A stretch of DNA of 64,000 bases from an uncultured Azospirillum sp. (GTDB taxonomy: Bacteria; Pseudomonadota; Alphaproteobacteria; CACIAM-22H2): the NCBI GenBank assembly GCA_964416335.1, contig CAYQDN010000010.1, forward strand, positions 18,357-82,356. Reading direction: 5' to 3'. How positions within the stretch are numbered: the first letter of the stretch is position 1; the number at the start of each line of letters is the position of its first letter. Both the position numbers and the translations under genes were made by a program. Shown here in pieces: positions 38,281-49,715 of this stretch. Under the pieces are notes generated by a model that did no database searches, was not told the DNA's origin, and saw nothing but the letters and a program-made list of their open reading frames with translations.

Positions 38281-40323
38281 TCAATTTTTGTAGAACCAGG
38301 TTTCCGGGTGTGCACCGCCCGGCGTGCGGCAATGCTGCGCAATGCAGTTGCGCGACGGGATGTTGCCCAGCCGATCGCTGACCAGACGCACACCCATCAG
38401 GGCCGGCGACTGGCCGACCGTGCCGATCGCGTACTGCTGATCGATCAGGATCTTCCAGATCTCCTGCGCCGTCTTGATGCGGTCTTCCGTCTTCTGGCCT
38501 GAGGCTGCCGTGAAGAGTTCGAGCATCTTGAGGATGTTCGGATCTTCCGGCTTTTTGCCCTGCTTGCCGTCCGAATTGTACCACTTCGCGAACTCCGGAC
38601 CCATATAGGCCTCGGTGGGATCGACCGGGATCGCATGGCGCGGGAACAGGTAAAGCAGCTCGGTGCCGCCGTTGTTCCACACCATGATGTGGTGCTCGTT
38701 GTTCTGCGTGCGGGTCATCGCGAGATTGCGCTCGGTGTCGCGAACGTCCGCCTGGATGCCGACCTTGGCCCACTGGTCGGCGATCATCTCGCTGATCTTC
38801 GGCCAGGGCAGGAACGCCTGCACCGCCTGGATCTGGATGCGCAGCCGCTGGCCGTTGTCGGTGCGCACGCGGAAGCCCTGTGCGTCCTTCTTCGAGAGGC
38901 CGATCTTGTCGAGCATCTCGTTGGCCGTCTTCGGGTCGAAGGTCGACCATTTCTCGCGCCAGCCGGGCCCCGGGAAGTAGGGAAGTGCCTCGCCCGGTGC
39001 AGCCGAGCCAGGCACGGCGACGCCGAGCCAGAAAGTCTCGTTCAGCTGCTTGCGGTCGATCGCCAGCGACAGCGCCCGCCGGAAGTCGGCGCTGCGCAGC
39101 CATTTCGCGATCTCGGGATCGGAGTCGAAGCTCTGGTTGAAGTGGTAGATGGCATCGGCACCGTTGAGGGCAAGGTCTAGATGGACCTTGTACTTGCCGC
39201 GCGCCTGGTTCTCGAGGAGTACGGGCAGCTTGCCGAGATCGATGTGCCGCTCCTGCAGGTCGTAGTCGCCCGCCATCGCGCGGAGATTGAGGACCTCGAG
39301 ATTCTCCGCAAGCGTCATCGTGACGCGATCGAAGTAGGGGAGCTGGTTGCCCGCCGTATCGACGGCCCAGTAGAACGGGTTGCGCTCCATCACCCAGACC
39401 GCGTTGTTGATCGGCTGCACGGTGCGGAACGGCCCGAGGACCGGAACTTCGGGGTTGAGGGTCCAGTCCTTCTTGAAGTGGAGTCGCGAGACCCAGTTGT
39501 CGAATCCTTCGGCCTTTGCCGCTGCGTTGGCCGCATCGACGCCGCCGGCCGTGTATTTCGGCAGGAACTTCTTGAGATAGTGCGCCGGCGCATAGGCCCC
39601 GTGACTGCGCTTGTTCGACTGCCGGACCGCCTGGCCGCCGCCGATGAGCGTGTCACCGCCCATCAGATCCTCGAACAGGAAGAACGGGACGTCGAACACG
39701 AAGTTGACGGTGTAGTCGTCGACCTTGACGATCCGGCCAGGCTTGCCGTCCGGCGTCATGTCGGGGATGCCGACGGGCAGGATGTCCTTGTTGTTGTAGA
39801 TGTCCTCGAACCAGAAAACGAAATCGTCCGCGGTCATCGGTGCGCCGTCGGACCAGCGCAGCCCGCGGCGGAGATTGAGCGTGAAGATCTTGCCGTCATC
39901 GCTCATCTTCCAGGACTTGGCGAGCGACGGGTTGACCCCGGCGCCGGTATGGTCGACCAGCATCGGACGATCCGAGGCGTTGATGCGGTTGCCGTTCTCG
40001 TCGTCGCCCGGGCCAGTGAAGCCGCGGCGCCATGTGCCACCGTACTTGCCGATCTCCTTGACCGGCTTGATGACCATCAGGTCCTGCGGCAGCCGATCCT
40101 TGACCGGCGGCAGCTTGCCCTGTTTGACCAGATCGGCGAGCTGCGGCGCCTCATTGAAGGATTTCGGCCATTGGGCCTGATCGGTGATGATCGTGATGCC
40201 CTCGGGCTGCCCGACGAGCCCGGATTGCCCGAGCGACGTCTGCGCCGAAGCAGCCGACACGATTCCGATTGCGAGTGTGAGGCCCAGTGCCAACTGGGTA
40301 AGGAGCGGCGATTTGATTGCCAT
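38281..40323 (-). CDS. Family-5 ABC substrate-binding protein (carbohydrate-type subgroup)
   Basis: EAPQLADLVKQGKLPPVKDRLP, GKYGG, WSDGAPMTADD, ERNPFYWAVDTAGNQLPY; start MAIKSP. Confidence 0.9.
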   Translation of the reverse strand: MAIKSPLLTQLALGLTLAIGIVSAASAQTSLGQSGLVGQPEGITIITDQAQWPKSFNEAPQLADLVKQGKLPPVKDRLPQDLMVIKPVKEIGKYGGTWRRGFTGPGDDENGNRINASDRPMLVDHTGAGVNPSLAKSWKMSDDGKIFTLNLRRGLRWSDGAPMTADDFVFWFEDIYNNKDILPVGIPDMTPDGKPGRIVKVDDYTVNFVFDVPFFLFEDLMGGDTLIGGGQAVRQSNKRSHGAYAPAHYLKKFLPKYTAGGVDAANAAAKAEGFDNWVSRLHFKKDWTLNPEVPVLGPFRTVQPINNAVWVMERNPFYWAVDTAGNQLPYFDRVTMTLAENLEVLNLRAMAGDYDLQERHIDLGKLPVLLENQARGKYKVHLDLALNGADAIYHFNQSFDSDPEIAKWLRSADFRRALSLAIDRKQLNETFWLGVAVPGSAAPGEALPYFPGPGWREKWSTFDPKTANEMLDKIGLSKKDAQGFRVRTDNGQRLRIQIQAVQAFLPWPKISEMIADQWAKVGIQADVRDTERNLAMTRTQNNEHHIMVWNNGGTELLYLFPRHAIPVDPTEAYMGPEFAKWYNSDGKQGKKPEDPNILKMLELFTAASGQKTEDRIKTAQEIWKILIDQQYAIGTVGQSPALMGVRLVSDRLGNIPSRNCIAQHCRTPGGAHPETWFYKN

Positions 40324-40541
40324 TTTTCCCCCTGCTATCAGGCCATCTTGTGTGGCCGGCTTATTTTGCATAGTAGAACACACCTGTATGTCGCCGAGTC
40401 AAGCGCCCAACTTAATCGTTGCAGTGGGGTCCCCCCAATTTCCGAGGGGTCGGCGGGCCCCGTCGCCGCCGATCGTTGAAATCCCGGCCCCCGGGTCGGT
40501 CGGCGGCATTCTTCGGGCCGAACGCCGGCGATTTCTGGGGC

Positions 40542-40563
40542 TATAGTGATTTTCAGAAAATCA
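40542..40563 (+). promoter_or_regulatory. -10-like hexamer with an overlapping perfect palindrome
   Basis: TATAGT at 40542; TGATTTTC-A-GAAAATCA at 40547-40563, 25 bp before ATG 40589. Confidence 0.5.
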
Positions 40564-40588
40564 GGCGTTATCCAGCGAAAGTGACGGG

Positions 40589-41782
40589 ATGTCCGTTATT
40601 CGGAGTATCCGGCCGGTTCTCCTCAGCGCACCCTACGGCGAGCTTTCCGGCAATCTTGAGGTGATGCTGCACCTGCCGAGCGGGATGCGGAGCACGGGCC
40701 TGGTCGAGATCACGCTCGACAACGGCATAAAGGGCCTCGGCGAGGGCTACATCGCGGTATTCGCCCCGCATGTCTTCGCCGCGATCGCCGACATGATCGC
40801 GCCGATTGCCGTCGGCCGGGACATCCGCGATCTGGACGATATCGTGCGCAAGCTGGAAACCGCGACCGGCTACTGGAGCTATCAAGGTGCCGCACGACAT
40901 GTCGTCAGCGCGTTCGAGATCGCACTCCAGGACGCGCGGGCGCAGTGCGAGGGCGTCCCGCTTTGGCGGGCACTCGGCGGTCTCGAGCCGCGGAAGTTGA
41001 ATGTCTACGCAAGCGGCGGCGATTCGATCTCGCCGGATTTCATGATGCGGGAAATCGAGGCTGTCGGCGCGCTGGGAATCGCGACTTTCAAAATCCGGGC
41101 CCGCAAGCATCAAGCGAAAAAGGTTCGCTGGTGCCGGCGCGCCGGTGCTCCTGGGGGACTCTCCATCGCCGTCGATATGACGCAGAATCTCGCGGTTCCG
41201 TCCCAAGGGGCCGAAGATGTCCTTGCATTCGTCGCGGCTTGCGCCGAAACGACGCTGAAACCTCTGGCGTTTCTCGAGGAGGTTCAGGGACCGCTGGCGA
41301 TCGAGGCGCTGCCCGGTCTGCGACGCGCGGTCGGCGTGCCGATCGCCGGCGGCGAGATTGTCACGACGCCGGAGGAACTCAACGCGAGGATCAAGGCCGG
41401 GTGCTACGATATTGCCCAGCCGGACGCGACGGTCATCGGCGGCGTCGGCCGCGTCCTTGACGTGTTTGTCGCCGCGAAATCGGCCGGCGTGGCGGTCTAT
41501 GTCCATTGTTGGGGGGCGGGCGTCGGCATGCTTGCCAACTATCACGCTGCGATGGCCGGCGGCGGCGACATGGTCGAATGGCCGATGCCGCGCTATCCGC
41601 TGCGCGAAGCCCTCTTCGCAATGCCGGTCACGGTCGCGGGCGGATGCCTCACTCTCGCTCGCAGTCCCGGTCTCGGCGCGTGCCTCACGCCGTCAATCGA
41701 ACGGGAATTCCGTTTCCGGGACGAAGCCGTCTATCGTTGCCTGGTCGAAGCCCCGATGCCGCCGCCGGCCGATTGGTCATAG
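40589..41782 (+). CDS. Divergent mandelate racemase/enolase-superfamily protein
   Basis: GLGEG, SAFEIALQD, FKIR, AVD, FLEE, AGGE, QPDATVIGG, VH. Confidence 0.85.
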   Translation: MSVIRSIRPVLLSAPYGELSGNLEVMLHLPSGMRSTGLVEITLDNGIKGLGEGYIAVFAPHVFAAIADMIAPIAVGRDIRDLDDIVRKLETATGYWSYQGAARHVVSAFEIALQDARAQCEGVPLWRALGGLEPRKLNVYASGGDSISPDFMMREIEAVGALGIATFKIRARKHQAKKVRWCRRAGAPGGLSIAVDMTQNLAVPSQGAEDVLAFVAACAETTLKPLAFLEEVQGPLAIEALPGLRRAVGVPIAGGEIVTTPEELNARIKAGCYDIAQPDATVIGGVGRVLDVFVAAKSAGVAVYVHCWGAGVGMLANYHAAMAGGGDMVEWPMPRYPLREALFAMPVTVAGGCLTLARSPGLGACLTPSIEREFRFRDEAVYRCLVEAPMPPPADWS

Positions 41783-42762
41783 ATTCTTTGGCTTTGGCGG
41801 GGAGCCAGGTCGCCCAGCTCGGGATGGTGCGGCGACGAGCGGTCGCACGTCGACCCGCGATTCAAGTTCGAGAATGCCGATGCGGGTCGGAAGCGTCCGC
41901 GCGCCGCCGACATTCGATACCGCGAATGCGCCGCACGCCGTCGCGCGTGCCAGGCAGGTCGCCGCCGACGCGTCGTCGAGCCAGGCATCGAGGAACCCTG
42001 CGGCGAACGCGTCGCCGGCCCCGGTCGCATCGACGACCGAAGTGGCAAGCGCCGACGCGGCAAACTGGCGCGTACCGTCCGACCAGATGGCCCCCTGCCG
42101 GCCCTGCTTCAGGACCACCGTCGGCCCGTTCGTCGACAGCATGCGCAGCAGCTGGTCGGGCTCGTCGATCGGCAATCCGGTAAGGGCGGCGGCTTCGGGG
42201 GCGTTGGGAATCAACAGGTCGACGGCGCGCGCGAGCGACAACGCGCCCGGTCTGTGGATCGCCGCATCGTCCCACGCCACATCGAGCGAAACCGTGATCG
42301 AGCATTCGCGCGCGACGTCCAGCAGCGACGGGACCTCGAGCAGCGTGGCAAGCTCCGCGACGTGGAGATGCCGCACGCTGCCGTCGCGCAGGCGGGCCGC
42401 AAGGCCGGACGGCACCGCCGGTCCCGCACGATGCGTGACGAACGACCGGTCGTCCCCGACGGCCAGCGCCACGGTCAATTGCGGGCCACCCTCGAAGCGT
42501 TCGAGCAGGGAAAGGCCGATCCCCATGGCGCGCAACTGCGGCTCGAGGGTGCACGAGACCGGATCGGTGCCGAGTGCGGCCGCGAGTTCGGCACGCCGGC
42601 CGAGACTTGCGAGGAACGCAGCCGATATGAGCGACCCGCCGCCCGGCGTGACGGCGACGCCGGTCGCATAGTGCTCGCGGCCGATCTGCGGCATCGCCGT
42701 CAGGCCGGTCATCACGACATCGGCATAGAGCCGGCCGACGCAGACGACGGTTCCCTTCGTCT

Positions 42763-42766
<4 letters not shown>
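41777..42766 (-). CDS. PfkB-family carbohydrate kinase
   Basis: PGGG, PNAPEA, VVLKQG, VVDATGAGDAFAAGFL; GTG start overlaps the ATPase stop. Confidence 0.9.
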
Positions 42767-43839
<1,073 letters not shown>

Positions 43840-43850
43840 CCGGATCTTTC

Positions 43851-45359
43851 CTAGCCGCGCGACGCGAGATCGGCGAACGCCGCATCGAGCGCTTTCGCCT
43901 TGGCCGCTTCGATGGCTTGTGTTTCGGCCGCCGACTTCGCGAATGCGGCGGCCTGCGCGCGGTAGCCGGCGAGCGCTTCCCGCATCGATTCGGGTGCCGG
44001 TCCGCCGGGCCGTTTGCGGACGGCGACGAAGTTCTCGGGCGAGACGACCGTCCGGAACCGGGCCTCGTCCATCTTCGCCGGGCGACCGGCGGCATGGCGG
44101 AACGCCGCGGCGAAGGGCGCGTGGCCGGCAGCCGCGAGAGACGAACCGGCGGCCACGACCGCGCGCGCGGTCGCGGCAGCGATCTCGTGCGCCTGCCGGA
44201 ACGAGAGACCTTCCTCGCGTACGAGCGAATCGGCAAGCTCGGTGATCGTCGCGCAACTGCGGTCGAGATTGGCGGCGACACGGGCCGCATCGATGCGCAC
44301 GGCGCGGATCAGTCCGGCCAACAGGTCGGTCGCGCGGCCTGCATCGACGAAGGCGGCATGGCAGGCGGCCTGGACCTCGCCTTCGATGTCGTTCATGTCG
44401 GTGAACGGCGTGTTGTGGACGATCGAAAGTGCCGTGTCCGCGCGTCCCGCCGCAAGCGAGGCGAGCAGACGCGTATGCTCGATGGGCACGGGATTGCGCT
44501 TCTGCGGCATGATCGACGATATCTGCACGAACCCGTCCGGCACGTGGAGCTGGCCCACTTCGAATCCGGACCAGTACTGGAAATCCTGCACGATGCGCCC
44601 GAGATGCAGCATCGACAGGCGCAGGGCCGAATAGGGGGCGGTCACATAGTCCGCCGCGGCGATGCACCCATAGCTGTTCTGCCGGATCCGCGCGAAGCCG
44701 AGAAGCTCGGCCATCCGCGCGCGATCGAGGGGGAAGCCGGTCGTGGTGATGGCCCCGGCACCCATCGAGCTCTGGTCGACGATCGCGCGTGCCGCGACCA
44801 GCCGCTCGATGTCGCCGGTCAGCACTTCGATATAGGCCGAAAGATAATGGCCGAACGTGGTCGGCTGGGCCGGCTGGCCATGCGTGTAGGCGACGACGAG
44901 CGTGGCGGATTCCGCGTCCGCCTTCGCGACCGTCGCATCGAGCAGGGCGCGCATCTTCGCCAGATGGCCGTCGATGCGCTGCTTCAGCACGAGCTTGAAG
45001 ATCGTATGGTCGATGTCGTTGCGGCTGCGGCCCGTGTGCAGGCGCCCGGCGACGTCGGGGTCCAGGCGATCGCGCAGCGCATGCTCGATCAGGAAGAACA
45101 GGTCTTCGACCTCGCCGGTATAGGGAATTGCCTTGAGGTCGAGAGTCTTCTCGATGTCGGCGAGCGCCCTGGCGATGGCGGTCGCCTGCGCCTCGGTCAG
45201 GATGCCGGTCTCGTGGAGCATCACGCAGTGCGCGCGATCGATGCGCCGGAACGCGTCGACGAAGGTCGACTTGGCGGCCTCGAACAGCGGGGCGAGGACG
45301 GTTTCCTTGAAGACGGGTGCGGGAAACCGGTCGTCGGAACCGGAATCGGGGGCGGACAT
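43851..45359 (-). CDS. Argininosuccinate-lyase-like C-N lyase (aspartase/fumarase superfamily)
   Basis: HTGRSRND, YTHGQPAQPTT, SSIMPQKRNP, SFRQAH; start MSAPDS; 502 aa. Confidence 0.88.
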   Translation of the reverse strand: MSAPDSGSDDRFPAPVFKETVLAPLFEAAKSTFVDAFRRIDRAHCVMLHETGILTEAQATAIARALADIEKTLDLKAIPYTGEVEDLFFLIEHALRDRLDPDVAGRLHTGRSRNDIDHTIFKLVLKQRIDGHLAKMRALLDATVAKADAESATLVVAYTHGQPAQPTTFGHYLSAYIEVLTGDIERLVAARAIVDQSSMGAGAITTTGFPLDRARMAELLGFARIRQNSYGCIAAADYVTAPYSALRLSMLHLGRIVQDFQYWSGFEVGQLHVPDGFVQISSIMPQKRNPVPIEHTRLLASLAAGRADTALSIVHNTPFTDMNDIEGEVQAACHAAFVDAGRATDLLAGLIRAVRIDAARVAANLDRSCATITELADSLVREEGLSFRQAHEIAAATARAVVAAGSSLAAAGHAPFAAAFRHAAGRPAKMDEARFRTVVSPENFVAVRKRPGGPAPESMREALAGYRAQAAAFAKSAAETQAIEAAKAKALDAAFADLASRG

Positions 45360-45364
45360 CGGGA

Positions 45365-46210
45365 CTATCCTTTCAGGCCGGCGAGAACGACGCCGCGGAT
45401 GATGTAGCGTTGGAAAATCAGGAAGACGAGGAGCGTGGGGATCGTCGCGAGGCTCGCACCGGTCATGATCAGCTCCCAGTCGATCTGCTGCTCGACCGAG
45501 AAGGTCGTGAGGCCGACCGGCAGCGTGTAGAGCTTGGGCGAGGTCGTCACGATCAGCGGCCACAGGAAGGCCGTCCAGTTGCCGAGGAAGACGAAGATCG
45601 CCAGCGCCGACAGTGCCGGCGTGACGAGCGGCATGGCGATGCGCCACCAGATCGCGAACTCGCCCTGGCCGTCGATGCGTGCCGCGTCGAGGAAATCGTC
45701 CGGGACCGTCTCGAAGAACTGCTTCATCAGGAACGTGCCGAAGGCCGTCATCATGCCCGGGAACATGATTCCCCATGTCGTGTCGAGCCAGCCCAGCGAA
45801 CTCGACATCATGTACCAGGGGATGACGAGCATCTCGGTCGGGATCATCAGCGTCGACAGGATCGCCAGGAACACGAGATAGCGGCCGCGGAAGCGGAATT
45901 TCGCCAGCGTGTAGCCCACCAGACTGTCGAAAAACACGTTCGACAGGGTCACCGTCGTCGCGACGATCAGCGAATTCGCGAACCAGCGGAAGAAGCGCCC
46001 GTCCTTCAGCACGAAAATGTAGTTTTCCAGCGTCGGTTCGCGCGGGATGAGGGTCAGCTGGTAGACCTCGTGCGGATATTTCAACGAGGTCATCAGCATG
46101 TAGAAGATCGGGATCACCATCGCGATCCCGCCCATCGCCAGCAGCGTCCACGCGACGACGCGGCCCGGGCGGATGTCGGCGATCGCGATGCGGAAATCGG
46201 GGAGCGCCAT
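45365..46210 (-). CDS. Carbohydrate ABC permease (MalG type)
   Basis: GYTLAKFRFRG, DAARIDG, WTAFLWPL; start MALPDF. Confidence 0.9.
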   Translation of the reverse strand: MALPDFRIAIADIRPGRVVAWTLLAMGGIAMVIPIFYMLMTSLKYPHEVYQLTLIPREPTLENYIFVLKDGRFFRWFANSLIVATTVTLSNVFFDSLVGYTLAKFRFRGRYLVFLAILSTLMIPTEMLVIPWYMMSSSLGWLDTTWGIMFPGMMTAFGTFLMKQFFETVPDDFLDAARIDGQGEFAIWWRIAMPLVTPALSALAIFVFLGNWTAFLWPLIVTTSPKLYTLPVGLTTFSVEQQIDWELIMTGASLATIPTLLVFLIFQRYIIRGVVLAGLKG

Positions 46211-46212
46211 CG

Positions 46213-47106
46213 TCAGCGGTCCTTCATCAGGCGCAGCTGGAGGAGCGAGATGACGAGCAGGACGAGGAACAGCACGACGGTCTGCGCGGCCGCATAGCCG
46301 AGCTCGTAGGAGCGGAAGGCCGTCTGGTAGATCAGCAGGACGAGCGGTTTGGTGGAATCGAGCGGGCCGCCGGGATCGTTCGTGGTCATGTTGTAGACCT
46401 GATCGAAGATCCGGAGATATCCGATCGAGGAGAACACGACGAGGAAGATGACCGTCGGGCGCAGGAGCGGGATCGTGATCTCGCGCAGGATTGTCCAGTC
46501 CGACACGCCGTCGATGCGCGCCGCCTCGTAGTAGCTGGTCGGGATCGCGCGCAGGCCGGCCATGAAGATGATCACCTGGAAGCCGAGCCCGTGCCAGATG
46601 GCGGTCGCGAGGATCGCCGGCAGCGCGTTCGTGGTGGAGGACAGGAACGCGATCTGCGGCAGGCCGAGGCTGGAAATCGCGTTGTTGATCACCCCGATGG
46701 GGACGGGTTGGTAGAACCAGCGCCAGACCCACGCCATCGCCGCGGCCGTCGTCAGGAATGGCAGAAAATAGAGGGCCCGGATCAGGCCGTGGAGGAAGCG
46801 CACGCGGTCGAGCTGGTAGGCGACGATGAAGGACAGCAGCAGCGACAGCGGGGTGCCGATCGCGAGATAGAGGAAGGTGTTGGTGAACACCTTCCAGAAA
46901 AGCGGGTCGCTCGCGAGGCGGACATAGTTGTCGACGCCGATCCAGTGCTTCTCGCCGATCAGGCGCCAGGAATGCAGCGAGACCCAGAAGGAATCGAGCG
47001 TCGGGTAAAACCGGACCGCCGCGTAGAAGGCGAGCGGAAATGCCAGGAACGTCCAGGCCCAGACGACCCGCTTCTGTTCGATCGTCCTGTTCGCGTACCA
47101 GAGCAT
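46213..47106 (-). CDS. Carbohydrate ABC permease (MalF type)
   Basis: IGVDNY, MAGLRAIP, YEAARIDG, GYAAA. Confidence 0.9.
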   Translation of the reverse strand: MLWYANRTIEQKRVVWAWTFLAFPLAFYAAVRFYPTLDSFWVSLHSWRLIGEKHWIGVDNYVRLASDPLFWKVFTNTFLYLAIGTPLSLLLSFIVAYQLDRVRFLHGLIRALYFLPFLTTAAAMAWVWRWFYQPVPIGVINNAISSLGLPQIAFLSSTTNALPAILATAIWHGLGFQVIIFMAGLRAIPTSYYEAARIDGVSDWTILREITIPLLRPTVIFLVVFSSIGYLRIFDQVYNMTTNDPGGPLDSTKPLVLLIYQTAFRSYELGYAAAQTVVLFLVLLVISLLQLRLMKDR

Positions 47107-47118
47107 CGCGGGCGAAAG

Positions 47119-47146
47119 CGGCCCCGCGGCGATTGCCGCGGGGCCG
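47119..47146 (-). other. Intercistronic stem-loop after the SBP gene
   Basis: CGGCCCCGCGGC-N4-GCCGCGGGGCCG, perfect 12-bp stem. Confidence 0.65.
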
Positions 47147-47152
47147 GATCCG

Positions 47153-48409
47153 TCACTTCTTGTAGAAGCCGTCGAGCAGCTTCTGCTCGGCTTCGGCCAT
47201 GATCTTCAGCGATACGGCCGGATCCTGATTTTCGAGGAGGATGCGGCTGACCGCGTCCATCACCAGCTGGCGCTGGGCGGACTCGTCGATGAAGCGCGTG
47301 GCGACGGCCTCCTTGAGACCGGCGACGAAGGGCCCGTAGATCGGGCTTTCGGTCGCCGCCTTCGAGTTGGCCGCGGCCTCGCGCGCCGGCAGTTCGCCCG
47401 TGATGTCGAGCCAAAGCTGCATGGCCGCCGGGGTGGTGACGAAGGAAAGGAACTTCGTCGCCGCGTCGAGCTTGGCGCCCTTCGACGATGCGGTGATGCC
47501 GTTCACCCAGTAGGAGCCGTAGTTCGACCGCACGCCGTTGTGGCTGGGCAGGGGGGCAACGATCCACTCCAGGCCACGGGTACGCTCGAGCGCGCCGATG
47601 CGGAAGTTGCCGTCGACCATCAGGCCCGCGCGCTGGGCGCGGAAGGCGGCCTGCGGCTCGTCCATGAAGTTGCGCGCGGTGACCTTTTCCTTGCGGAAGA
47701 GATCGACGTACCAGGTGAGCGCCTTCACGCCGGCTTCGGTGTTGTACGCGACCTGCTTGCCGTCGGCCGAATAGGGCTGGCCGCCGAACTGGCGCACGAG
47801 CACCTCGCGCCACCAATGCTGGTCCTGGAATTCCATGCCCGCACCGATGCCGATCTGCGTGATGTTGCCGGCTCCGTCGACCTTGGTCATCTTCCTGGCG
47901 GCATCGAGGAGTGCGTCGAGCGTCTTGGGCGGATTGGCCGGGTCGAGGCCGGCTTCCTTCATCAGGCGGGTGTTGTAGAAGACCGACAGCGAACGCACCG
48001 CGGTCGGCAGCGCGTAGTAGGTGCCGTCGCGCTTCATCTCGCGCACCATCGGGAAGAACTCGGCATCGATCTTCGCGGTCGGGAATGAAGCGGCGGGAAG
48101 CGGCTGCAGGATCTTGGCCGCGTGGAAATCGTCGAGCCAGCCGTAGAAGAGCTGGACGACGTCGGGCCCCTGTCCGGCGGCCATCGCGGCCGAGACCTTG
48201 GTGCGATAGTCGTTGTAGGGGAAATTGACGTGCTTGACCTTGATGCCGGGATTGGCGGCCTCGAACTGCTTGATCAGGTCGTCCATCGCGCGCACGCGCG
48301 TCTCGAAGGTGTACTGCCAGTACTCGATCTCGACCGGCTGGGCGTTCGCCGCACCGCCGAGCCCGACGGCGAGCAGCGCTGCCGCGGCAAGACTCTTCAG
48401 AATCCGCAT
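47153..48409 (-). CDS. Carbohydrate ABC substrate-binding protein
   Basis: Start MRILKS behind a GGAGG RBS; signal peptide (ANA-Q); FEAANPGIKV, YYALP, PPKTLD. Confidence 0.9.
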   Translation of the reverse strand: MRILKSLAAAALLAVGLGGAANAQPVEIEYWQYTFETRVRAMDDLIKQFEAANPGIKVKHVNFPYNDYRTKVSAAMAAGQGPDVVQLFYGWLDDFHAAKILQPLPAASFPTAKIDAEFFPMVREMKRDGTYYALPTAVRSLSVFYNTRLMKEAGLDPANPPKTLDALLDAARKMTKVDGAGNITQIGIGAGMEFQDQHWWREVLVRQFGGQPYSADGKQVAYNTEAGVKALTWYVDLFRKEKVTARNFMDEPQAAFRAQRAGLMVDGNFRIGALERTRGLEWIVAPLPSHNGVRSNYGSYWVNGITASSKGAKLDAATKFLSFVTTPAAMQLWLDITGELPAREAAANSKAATESPIYGPFVAGLKEAVATRFIDESAQRQLVMDAVSRILLENQDPAVSLKIMAEAEQKLLDGFYKK

Positions 48410-48507
48410 CCTGACCTCCCTCATGTTGTGCCGGGCGGTTCGCATCGCGCGCCGCGGCGAGTGCCCTGGACCTGCGGTTATGTAGCGCATGCAGGGATGG
48501 ACGAGTC

Positions 48508-48532
48508 AATAACTCAAACACGTTGAACTATT
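48508..48532. promoter_or_regulatory. ROK-type operator candidate adjoining a minus-strand -35 (TTGACT)
   Basis: AATAACTCAA-ACACG-TTGAACTATT imperfect palindrome; minus strand TTGACT-N17-GCTACAT. Confidence 0.55.
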
Positions 48533-48557
48533 CGCCGACGGCCCTTAGCCTTCGGGC

Positions 48558-49715
48558 ATGCGCGACATGCCTTCCGATGTCTACGACACGCGCGAGCACA
48601 ACCGGCGCGTGGTGCTGCAGGCGCTGCGGCGGCACGGAACGCTGAGCCGGGCGGATCTCGCGCGCCTCACGGGCCTGTCCGCGCAGGGCGTCACCAACAT
48701 CGCCGACGAACTGCTGCGCGACCGGCTCGTGCGCAATGCCGGGCGCCGGCGCGGCGGACGGGGCCAGCCGCCCCTCGATTTCGCCATCGATCCGGCCGGC
48801 GGCGTGACGATCGGGGTCGAACTGCGCCACGATGCGATGGTCATCGTGCTTGCCGACCTCGCAGGTTCGGCGCTGCGCGAGACGACGGTGCCGCTTGCGT
48901 CCGCCGATCCCAGGCACGTCGTGCGCGCCCTGCCGAAGATCATCCGGAGTTTCGCGGCACTCGCCGCCGCCAGGTCGGCCGGGCCGATCGTCGGGATCGG
49001 CATCGTCGCGCCTTGGCCGACGGGCGGCGTGTCGGGGAGCCGTCGCAGCACCGAATTGCCCGATTGGGAAGAACTCGCCGATCCCGCCGCGTTCCTGAAG
49101 GAAGCCCTCGGGTACGACGTGGTGATCGAGAACGACGCCGCGGCGGCGGCTCTGGGCGAGCATCTTCTGGGGGCCGGCCGGAAATTCGCGCGCGTGGCGT
49201 GCCTTTATATGGGGCGCGGCCTCGGTCTCGGCCTGGTCCTCGACGGCAGGCTCTATCGCGGGGCGACCGGCAATGCCGGCGAGATCGGGCACGTCGTCGT
49301 CGAACCGGGCGGCCGACCGTGCTTCTGCGGCCAGCGCGGCTGCCTCGAACGCTATGTCTCGCTCGATGCCGCGTTGTCCGATCTCGGCGTGCAGGCCCTC
49401 GACGCGAGCGTCGATGCCGCCGCCCTCGGACGCTGGCTCGACGGTGCGGCCGTCCGGCTCGCCGACGCGGTCGTCATGATCGAGAACCTCTTCGATCCCG
49501 ATACGGTCCTCGTCGCCGGCCTGTCGCCGCAGCTGGTCGAAGGGATCGTCGCACGCCTCGGGAATCTGCCCGCACCGCTTGTCCCCCGGCCCGGACCGCG
49601 CGTGCTGAAGGGCGAATGCGGCCCGTACAGCGCGGCGCGCGGGGCGGCCTCGCTGCCGCTCTATGGCCGCGAGGCGCCGCATCTGGCGACGCGTGCCGCG
49701 ATGGCGCGCGCATGA
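48558..49715 (+). CDS. ROK-family transcriptional regulator
   Basis: LSRADLARLTGLS HTH, IENDA, GLGLG, AGEIGH, CFCGQRGCLE zinc motif. Confidence 0.93.
   Translation: MRDMPSDVYDTREHNRRVVLQALRRHGTLSRADLARLTGLSAQGVTNIADELLRDRLVRNAGRRRGGRGQPPLDFAIDPAGGVTIGVELRHDAMVIVLADLAGSALRETTVPLASADPRHVVRALPKIIRSFAALAAARSAGPIVGIGIVAPWPTGGVSGSRRSTELPDWEELADPAAFLKEALGYDVVIENDAAAAALGEHLLGAGRKFARVACLYMGRGLGLGLVLDGRLYRGATGNAGEIGHVVVEPGGRPCFCGQRGCLERYVSLDAALSDLGVQALDASVDAAALGRWLDGAAVRLADAVVMIENLFDPDTVLVAGLSPQLVEGIVARLGNLPAPLVPRPGPRVLKGECGPYSAARGAASLPLYGREAPHLATRAAMARA

Noticed and set aside
43851-45359. Housekeeping argH call
   Set aside because: The context is a sugar ABC operon and the sequence is divergent outside the core motifs; gene symbol withheld.
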